From: Methanobacteriota archaeon
Lineage (GTDB): Archaea > Methanobacteriota > Methanobacteria > Methanobacteriales > Methanobacteriaceae
Assembly: GCA_963787255.1 (NCBI GenBank)
Contig: CAWBCJ010000011.1
Location: 1 to 17,221 of the forward strand
Reading direction: 5' to 3'
DNA length: 17,221 nt
In this document: positions 1-7,240 of the stretch, piece by piece
Position numbering within the stretch: the stretch's first letter is position 1
Layout: each line of letters begins with the position of its first letter
Made by a program: the position numbers and the translations under genes
The notes under the pieces: model-generated
What the model was told of the DNA's origin: nothing
Database searches by the model: none
The model's input: only the letters and a program-made list of their open reading frames with translations

Positions 1-51
1 GCTGAAATTCTTTACGGCAAGCCTGAAGTTGCTGGTGCAAGTTCTAAATAA
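1..51 (+). CDS. 3' end of an unidentified upstream gene (AEILYGKPEVAGASSK*)
   Basis: Frame 1 is open from base 1 to TAA at 49-51 with coding-like codons, followed at once by oligo-T tracts. Too short to identify. Confidence 0.5.
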   Translation, partial: AEILYGKPEVAGASSK

Positions 52-56
52 TTTAA

Positions 57-87
57 TTTTTTTTTTAACTTTTCTATTATTTTTTTT
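57..87 (+). terminator. Archaeal oligo-T terminator
   Basis: T10 at 57-66 and T8 at 80-87 just after the stop codon at 49-51. Confidence 0.55.
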
Positions 88-160
88 AAGGAAATTCTAA
101 AACGTCAAAACTGTTCATTTTCTGTTAATAATAAATTCTATAAAAATATTATATTTTCTG

Positions 161-231
161 AGATTACCAAATATTTTCAAGACCGTGGGTAAAATCCCTA
201 ACTTATAAAGAATATATGGGTAATCTTCCCA
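161..231. promoter_or_regulatory. Three related, regularly spaced boxes; candidate transcription-factor operator
   Basis: TGGGTAAAATCCC at 186-198 and TGGGTAATCTTCCCA at 217-231 start 31 bp apart. AGATTACCAA at 161-170 reverse-complements to TTGGTAATCT, a 9/10 match to 217-226. Confidence 0.45.
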
Positions 232-243
232 AACCTTTATAAA
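231..243 (+). promoter_or_regulatory. Candidate BRE/TATA promoter of the Lrp-MgtE-N-NRAMP operon
   Basis: TTTATAAA at 236-243 preceded by AAACC, about 52 nt upstream of the ATG at 296. RBS-like AGGTGTAGGA at 280-289. Confidence 0.5.
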
Positions 244-295
244 TAATCATTGATATACCAAAGTCTACAATAACCAAACAGGTGTAGGATAAAAA

Positions 296-748
296 ATGGA
301 CGATGTAGATCTGGCAATATTACGTTCCTTAAGTGAAAATTCAAGAATGACTATATCTCAAATGTCAAAAGAAATTGATGTACCTGATGCAACAATCTCT
401 AATCGACTTAAGAAATTAGAGGCAGATGTAATAAAGCGTTACACAATGATACTTGACTGGCAGCAGCTCGGTCTTGACATAACAGCAATTATCATCATTC
501 AGACAGAGTCTGAAAAGCATGAATATGTTAAAGAAGAGCTTTCAAAGCTTAATGAAGTATCAGAAGTATACAGCGTGTCAGGAGAGTATGACATTCTCAT
601 TAAAGTTTGGGTTCCAGGTATTGAAGAACTCAATCAGTTAATAAATAGTAAAATCCGTTCAGTTGATGGTGTAGAAGATTTAACTGAAATGATTGTAATG
701 GAGCGTGTTAAAGAGGATATGATTCCATTTATCCCCGAAACAAAATAA
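296..748 (+). CDS. Lrp/AsnC family transcriptional regulator
   Basis: N-terminal HTH ([17 protein letters not shown]...[10 protein letters not shown]...IKRYT) and C-terminal RAM domain with [14 protein letters not shown]; 150 aa. Confidence 0.93.
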   Translation: MDDVDLAILRSLSENSRMTISQMSKEIDVPDATISNRLKKLEADVIKRYTMILDWQQLGLDITAIIIIQTESEKHEYVKEELSKLNEVSEVYSVSGEYDILIKVWVPGIEELNQLINSKIRSVDGVEDLTEMIVMERVKEDMIPFIPETK

Positions 749-771
749 AAATAAATGTCGGAGACGATATT

Positions 772-2019
772 ATGCACTTTCTAAGCGAAGTAATGAAAAA
801 ACAAGTGATTGACCTTGAGGGTAACAAAGTTGGGAAATTTAAAGATTTTATAGTATCAGTAAAAAGATCTTATCCAATAGTAGAGGCAATAAGCATAAAC
901 ACGTCCCGTAAAACGCGTATTAATGTTCCATGGAAAAATGTTGAACACATAAACAAAGAAATCAAGCTTAATGTAAAATTAGAAGATATTAAAGAATATA
1001 AGATGAAAAAACTTGACATTAAACTGGTTGATGAAGTTTTAGACAAGCAAGTAGTGGACGTAGAAGGTAAAAAAATAAGAAGGATAAATGACCTTCAGCT
1101 ATCTGCAACTAACGGAAATTACAGGCTTATAGGTGTAGACATAAGTGTTAAAGGGATATTAAGAAGACTTGGGATTGAAAAAATCGCTAAAGGAATGGGT
1201 ATTAATCTCCAGGAAGATTACATCACATGGAAAGATGTAGATATTGTAGAAAGCGATGTGACACGTCTGAAATTAAAAGTTCCAGAATACAACTTAAAAA
1301 AACTCCACCCTGCCGATATTGCCGAAATTGTCGATCAATTAAATGTAAATGATTCAATTACTATCTTAAATTCACTGGATGAGGAAGTAGCAGCAGATGC
1401 AATTGAAGAAATATCTCCTGAAAGACAAGTTTGTCTTATAGAGGAAATGGATAGTGAAAAGGGCTGCAGATATACTTAGACGAGATGTCGCCAGACGATG
1501 CGGCAGACTTGATTGGAGACCTTTCAGATGATAAAGCACATGAACTACTGGAATTAATGGACCCTGAAGAGTCAAAGGATGTTAAACAGCTTCTTGAATA
1601 TCCGGAGGATACAGCGGGCGGAATTATGACCACAGAGTATGCTGTTGCGCCTGAAGAATTTACTGCAGGCCAGAGTTTAAACATGCTGAGAAAAATAGCT
1701 CAGAGATGTGGAAAGTATTTATTATATTTATGCCTTGTCCAAATCAAAAGATTTAGTCGGAGTTATATCTTTAAGAGAACTATTATTGGCGGATCCTACT
1801 CAAAAACTCTCCGAATTCATGCACAGAGATATAATTGCAGTTGATGTGATGGAAGATCAGCATGAGGTCGCCAAAAAAATTGCAAAATATAATCTGCTTG
1901 CAGTTCCAGTAGTAGATGATGAAAATAAGATAAAAGGTGTGGTCACAATAGATGATGCCATAGATATTGTTTTACCTACTGCATGGAAAAAACGAGTGCC
2001 AAGAATGTTTGGCCAGTAA
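772..2019 (+). CDS. Stand-alone MgtE cytosolic-domain protein (2 PRC barrels, MgtE N-domain, CBS pair; no TM domain), with three +1 frameshifts
   Basis: ORFs 772-1479, 1485-1844 and 1708-2019 join into one 414-aa protein after removing one base each near 1457-1463, 1475-1478 and 1701-1705. This restores EEMDSE(R/K)AADILDEMSPDDAADL. MgtE motifs present: LHPADIAE, LLEYPEDTAGGIMTTEY, IYYIY, KYNLLAVPVVD, GVVTIDD. Confidence 0.88.
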
Positions 2020-2034
2020 ATTGGAGGGATTCCA

Positions 2035-3298
2035 ATGGATTTTCGAATTTTTACAAGGGTATTTAAAAATCCCATCTTTTTAAGTTTCGTTGTATTTCTT
2101 TCTGTAATGGGACCTGGAATTATCACAGCAAATGTGGATAATGACGCTGGAGGAATTACCACTTATTCTCTTGCAGGTGCACAGTTTGGATACAGTCTTC
2201 TGTGGCTTTTTATTCCCATGATTATAGCATTAGCTGTAATTCAAGAAATGGGAGTTAGAATGGGTATCGTTTCTGGAAAGGGACTTGCCGATCTTAATAC
2301 GTGAAAAAGTAGGAATTAAATTAACATTTTTAATGATGATTGCCTTGCTTGCTGCTAACTTTGGTAACATACTTGCAGAATTTTCAGGCATAGCCGTTAG
2401 CGCTGGAATATTTGGCATTCCCAAATTTATTGCTTTACCGGCTGCTGCTTTATTTGTCTGGCTCCTAGTTGTTAAAGGCACCTACAAGAGCGTTGAAAAG
2501 GTATTTCTGTTAGCATCAGCACTTTATTTCTCATACATTATAGCAGGATATCTTTCTCACCCTGATTGGGTACTTGCAGCTAAAAGCACTGTAACGCCTC
2601 AAATAACCTTAAGTACTGCATACATTACCATGATTATAGGTATGGTAGGAACAACCATTGCCCCCTGGATGATGTTTTATATTCAATCTTCTGTTGTGGA
2701 AAAAGGGATAAGCTTAAAAAATCTTAAATATTCCAAAATAGATGCAGTATTTGGTGCAATAGTTGTAAATATAGTTGCATTTTTTATTGTGATAGCTTGC
2801 GCAACAACTATATTCCCCACTGGAATTCAGGTTGAAAATGTTGCAGATGTTTCACAGGCACTTGCCCCACTTGCAGGTCAGTATGCCAGTATATTGTTTG
2901 CATTTGGGTTTTTAAACGCTTCATTATTTGCGGCAAGTATTTTACCATTGTCTACAGCATATTATGTTTGCGAAAGTCTTGGTTTTGAAGCAGGAGTATC
3001 TAAAGGATTTAGAGAAGCCCCAATATTCCACGGATTATACCTTGGACTTATAATACTTGCGGTAATCATCATCATGATGCCAAACGTGCCTTTACTTAAT
3101 ATATTGTACCTATCACAGGTCGCAAATGGTATTTTACTACCCTTCGTCCTGATATTAATGCTTCTTATCATAAATGACAAGAAAACCATGGGCGAACATG
3201 TAAATTCAAAGCTATTCAACTATATAGCTTGGGCAACAGTTATAATTGTGATGGGACTAAGCATAACTCTTGTAATAACATCATTCCTTTCTTCATGA
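2035..3298 (+). CDS. NRAMP/SLC11-family divalent cation transporter, Mg2+-type (NrmT/NRMT-like), with one +1 frameshift
   Basis: ORFs 2035-2304 and 2285-3298 join after removing one A at 2296/2297, restoring GKGLADLIREK (420 aa). TM1 reads GPGIITANVDNDAGGITTYSLAGAQFGY and TM6 reads GTTIAPW. RBS GGAGGGA at 2023-2029. Confidence 0.9.
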
Positions 3299-3456
3299 GT
3301 TTAATAGGGTTTGTAAACTTAATGAAATTATAAAAATATTAGATATATTAAAAAACGGAATCGTGCAGGAAAATAAACGGATATTATAATTCAAAAATAA
3401 AAGATTTCATATATAATTTACATTTTAATTTTCAAAAACATCCTCATGATTAAAAT

Positions 3457-3488
3457 GGATGATAGTTTAAATCATCCTATTTATTTTT
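3457..3488. terminator. Hairpin between convergent genes; candidate terminator
   Basis: GGATGAT (3457-3463) pairs perfectly with ATCATCC (3471-3477) around a 7-nt loop, followed by TATTTATTTTT on +. Confidence 0.4.
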
Positions 3489-3550
3489 AGAATTTAAATA
3501 AATTACCGCAATATTTTTATTAATAACTTAAAACTAGCTATTTAATTAAT

Positions 3551-4904
3551 TTAGCTAATTGTAACCCCTAAAACCAAAAGAACCAAAGTTACAAGGCATG
3601 TGTTTGCCACAGGATCTGTTAAGCTTGTAGATAATGGTATAACTACATTATCTGGATCTAAGACCTTTTCTATATGATATAGTGCTTAGGTAGAATCCAA
3701 TTAGCAGTAGGAATGGTGTAAGTAGTAATCCCGCTAGTGTACTTATTAAAACCATTTTTTCAATTCCAACTGAAGGTATTCCAAGAAGTATTGTTGCAAA
3801 ATGAGCTAGAAGACCTATAATGGGATAAATAATTATTGCAAGGATTATAATTATCCCAAAATTTCTTAAAGCCCCTTCTGTAGGTTTCAGGGAGGATCCT
3901 ATAGATCGAATGTGTAATCCTGAAGATAATCTTGCTCCAAGAATACTTACAAGGTCTCCACTTTCACCTGAAAATAAAGGCACTAAAGCAAGAATACTTG
4001 GATTACTTAGAATAACTGAAAAACTACTGTTCAATATAGTACCTGCAGTTGTACCAAATATTGAAGATAAAAAAAGGGCAGGAGTACTGTGTTTTATAAT
4101 CTTTTTAAGGTGAATTCCACCTCTTATTCCTATAATAAAGCCAATAATTCCAATTGCAATGAAAATTACAAATAATAGTATCTCAAAAAATCCATTTCTT
4201 ATCCATAAAAGTATTTGTACAGCTAATAGAATTGATGGAAGAGTAAAAAGGTCTCCAGATGCAGCTATTAATGGAGTTGTTACATTATCAGGATCCCATC
4301 CATTTTCATAGCTTTTAATGGAAATTAATATTGCTGCAGGTAAAAGCAGTATTCCAGAAAATATTCCTCCGAGCACAGATATAACTGTAAAATCCATTAT
4401 ACTTATGCTTTCAAAACCTAATAGAATAGAAAACGTTTTAGCCATAAATGCAAGGAAAATTGACATTATGATGGTTAAAATGATTGCAGAGATAATATTT
4501 TGATTTAGAACGTCTGACTGTTTTAGTTCTGGAGATAGTGTACCTATGTGGAGATTTGAGCCTAGTCGTGACCCTAGAGCCCCAAATATGTTTCCCCTCA
4601 TTCCAATTGCTCCAGGAATAAGAACTAGGAGCCCGGGAAGTATTGCAAGTTGATCAGTCATTTTACTTAGAACAATACCTGCTATTAAGTCTCCAATAGC
4701 ACATATTAAAAGAGCTGTAAATGTTTCACCTAAAACTCTGGAAACATCCTTATAAAAACGTGTGATTTTACCTGTAATGTGGAATAGTATTGAAAGAGCC
4801 TTCAAAGACCTTTTTGACACTAAGATAACTATCTGGACCATCCAGTTTAATAAGATTAGTGTGTATTCACTGGTTTTCTTCAGTATTTTCTCTATCCATT
4901 TCAC
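3551..4904 (-). CDS. mgtE: SLC41-like transporter with two tandem MgtE membrane domains, with one +1 frameshift near the 3' end
   Basis: Domain 1 has PGAIGMRGN (Px6GN) and [14 protein letters not shown] (PDx4Px6D); domain 2 has PLFSGESGD. Removing one base at about 3659 extends ORF 3648-4904 with [37 protein letters not shown] to TAA at 3553-3551 (450 aa). GTG start with an AGGTGG RBS. Confidence 0.88.
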
Positions 4905-5073
4905 ATAACCACCTTAAAATAATAGTGCCTGCTATTTACACTGATATATCTTAATTAATCCATTCAAATGATTCTGTTGTGATATCTTTTTTTTATTTTA
5001 AAATAGAGAAACTCATTGTCTGAACTGCATTCGATTCTGATACTATTTATTAGTTAACTTCATGCTAATTTAT

Positions 5074-5682
5074 TTAATCTTCAATAATTTCGTCGTATTC
5101 AAGACATTCTTCAAGGGTTATTTCATTTTTAGCAAGTTTTTCAAGTAAAATTCCGCCAGTTTCATTCCCTTTGGCTATTAAAATGTCATTGGCTGCAAGT
5201 ATGGTGTTTCTATCAGGCCCATAAATCCATGATTCATTTCTCCTTATTGCAATCACAGTCATACCAGTTCTTGTAGCAAGTAAAAGTTCTCCTAATGATT
5301 TTCCTGCTAATTCTGATCCTTCAGATATGGCAAATCTTCTTATAATTTCATCAGACTCTTCTATAACCATTTTAAATACTGGATGTGGCCTCATACCTTC
5401 TAAAACAAGATCTGCAATGTCTTTTGCTGAATCTGCTATTGTTTCTGTGGCTTCACCAACTTCAAGAAGAGCAGTTAATTTCTCAGCATCTTCAACTGTT
5501 CTTGCTGCAAGTAGGGATTCTCGCTTTATTTGATAATTAAGTCTGTTTATTTTATTTTCAAGTTTTTCAACTTCTTCTGCAGCGTCTTTACTGTTAAAAA
5601 GCAGCGCAGAATAGGATAAATCTACCATTAATTCAGACATGTTTTTCATTTCAATTAATATGTCCTTAATACTCTTCGACAC
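5074..5682 (-). CDS. PhoU-like helical domain plus TrkA-C (RCK_C) domain protein
   Basis: N-terminal helical bundle ([21 protein letters not shown]...[11 protein letters not shown]) and C-terminal RCK_C pattern ([11 protein letters not shown]...GMTVIAIRR...YGPD..TIL...DILIAKG). GTG start with a purine-rich RBS. Confidence 0.85.
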   Translation of the reverse strand: MSKSIKDILIEMKNMSELMVDLSYSALLFNSKDAAEEVEKLENKINRLNYQIKRESLLAARTVEDAEKLTALLEVGEATETIADSAKDIADLVLEGMRPHPVFKMVIEESDEIIRRFAISEGSELAGKSLGELLLATRTGMTVIAIRRNESWIYGPDRNTILAANDILIAKGNETGGILLEKLAKNEITLEECLEYDEIIED

Positions 5683-6071
5683 CTTTCATCCTTCCTTTTT
5701 CTAGTCTAATATTTATTTTAATAGATACTTTTAAAAACTTTTTCATGAACATGTTAAACTCAATATATTAAAAAGATTGATCATATTATTTAATGCTAAT
5801 GACTTAAATGTAGTGCAGAGTTTATATAATTGACAGATAAATAAATTGAAGTTTCAAGCAGAAAACATATTAATTAGGTAAAACTGCAATTTAATGCATA
5901 AATGATTTTTAACACTACGAAAACCATATATCCCATGGATTGTAATGGAAATGAGCGTAATTTAGGTTATTTTTAGGGGCATTATTTAGAAATTATGTTC
6001 ATGAAAACAGACTTATTTAAAGAATTATTAATTAATATAGGAAATAAATTTTAAAAAATTTTAAGTATATT

Positions 6072-6878
6072 GTGGTTAAAATGCACGAAGAAGAAAGAGT
6101 TATACCGAGATTAGACAGGCTAAAGTCCGTAGAAATTATATGTAGTTTTATTAAGGATAAATTAGAAGAATCAAAAACTGATGGACTTGTTATTGGGTTA
6201 AGTGGAGGTATAGATTCTTCAGTAGTAGCTTATCTCTGTGCAAAAGCGGTTCAAAATGATAAAATACTCGGACTTATACTTCCAAGTGAAAGCACCCCTC
6301 CTGAAGATATAGAAGATGCTATTAAAGTAGCTGAAGAATTAAAAATAAAATACAAGATTTTGCATATTGATGAACTCATAAAACCATTCCCACAAATATG
6401 TCCTGAATGCAGCAAGAGCGATTTAGCAAATGGGAATTTAAAGGCAAGAATAAGAATGATGATTCTCTACTATCATTCCAATGCAATGAAACGCATAGTA
6501 GTCGGAACCGGTAACAGAACAGAGCTACTTGTAGGATATTTTACAAAATTCGGCGACGGTGGGGTGGATATTTTACCAATAGGAGACCTTTACAAGACAG
6601 AAGTACGAGAAGTAGCAGTTTATCTCGGAGTTCCAAAAAATATTATTGATAAAGCACCTACAGCTGGTTTATGGGCAGGCCAAACAGACGAAGAAGAATT
6701 AGGTATAAAATACGAATCTTTAGATAAAATATTATATCTCCTGATGGACAAGGAATTAAGTACTCAAGAAGTTGCAGAATACCTTGAAATTGCATATGAA
6801 GAAGTGTTAAGGATTAAGAAAATGATGGAATCATCAAAACACAAGTTATGTTCACCTTATATTGCAGAAGTAAGGTAA
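6072..6878 (+). CDS. nadE: NH3-dependent NAD+ synthetase
   Basis: GLSGGIDS PP-loop, GNLKARIRM, GYFTKFGDG, PIGDLYKTEV, KAPTAGLWAGQTDEEELG; no glutaminase domain. The start may be ATG at 6081. Confidence 0.97.
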   Translation: MVKMHEEERVIPRLDRLKSVEIICSFIKDKLEESKTDGLVIGLSGGIDSSVVAYLCAKAVQNDKILGLILPSESTPPEDIEDAIKVAEELKIKYKILHIDELIKPFPQICPECSKSDLANGNLKARIRMMILYYHSNAMKRIVVGTGNRTELLVGYFTKFGDGGVDILPIGDLYKTEVREVAVYLGVPKNIIDKAPTAGLWAGQTDEEELGIKYESLDKILYLLMDKELSTQEVAEYLEIAYEEVLRIKKMMESSKHKLCSPYIAEVR

Positions 6879-6899
6879 TTTATAAAAAGGAGAATTTTT

Positions 6900-7214
6900 A
6901 TGTACGCTTTTGTTTATATAACGACATCAAGTAAAGAAGAATCAAAAAAAATAGGGAAAAAACTTGTTGAAGAAAAATTAGTTGCGTGTGTAAATATCAT
7001 ACCTTCCATTGAATCAATTTATCTTTGGAAAGGTAAAATAGAGGCTGATGAGGAGTCACTTCTTATTGCAAAAACTAAAGCGGAAAAAATAGATAAAATT
7101 ATAAAAATGGTTAAAGAAATTCACAGTTACGAAACTCCCGCTATTCTGGCAATTCCAATAATAGAGGGATCTAAAGATTACTTGGACTATTTAGATAGTG
7201 AGATGAGCGGATAA
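6900..7214 (+). CDS. cutA: Divalent-cation tolerance protein CutA
   Basis: [23 protein letters not shown] and HSYETPAI motifs; 104 aa; AGGAG RBS upstream. Confidence 0.95.
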   Translation: MYAFVYITTSSKEESKKIGKKLVEEKLVACVNIIPSIESIYLWKGKIEADEESLLIAKTKAEKIDKIIKMVKEIHSYETPAILAIPIIEGSKDYLDYLDSEMSG

Positions 7215-7240
7215 AATATTTAAAGGTTATACTGATTTTA

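Noticed and set aside
52-295. M-box (ykoK) or other riboswitch upstream of the Mg operon
   Set aside because: The leader after the candidate TATA box is very short and AT-rich, with no extended stems.
1485-2019. ORFs 1485-1844 and 1708-2019 as separate genes
   Set aside because: Their MgtE motifs continue across the frame changes, so they are fragments of one gene (772-2019).
1372-3219. Minus-strand ORFs 1372-1575, 1436-1684, 1857-2162, 2230-2481 and 2962-3219
   Set aside because: Antisense shadows of the MgtE-N and NRAMP genes, with no recognisable motifs.
3535-3557. Near-palindrome TAGCTA-TTTAATTAATT-TAGCTA at the SLC41-like stop codon
   Set aside because: Almost all A/T and imperfect; plausible by chance at this composition.
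3910-5533. Plus-strand ORFs 3910-4113, 4318-4503 and 5327-5533
   Set aside because: Antisense to well-supported minus-strand genes.
5683-6071. Divergent promoter elements, including TTTATATAA at 5821-5829 and ATCCCATGGAT at 5930-5940
   Set aside because: Several TATA-like strings occur on both strands and none can be assigned to a gene. No convincing copy of the TGGGTAA box was found.
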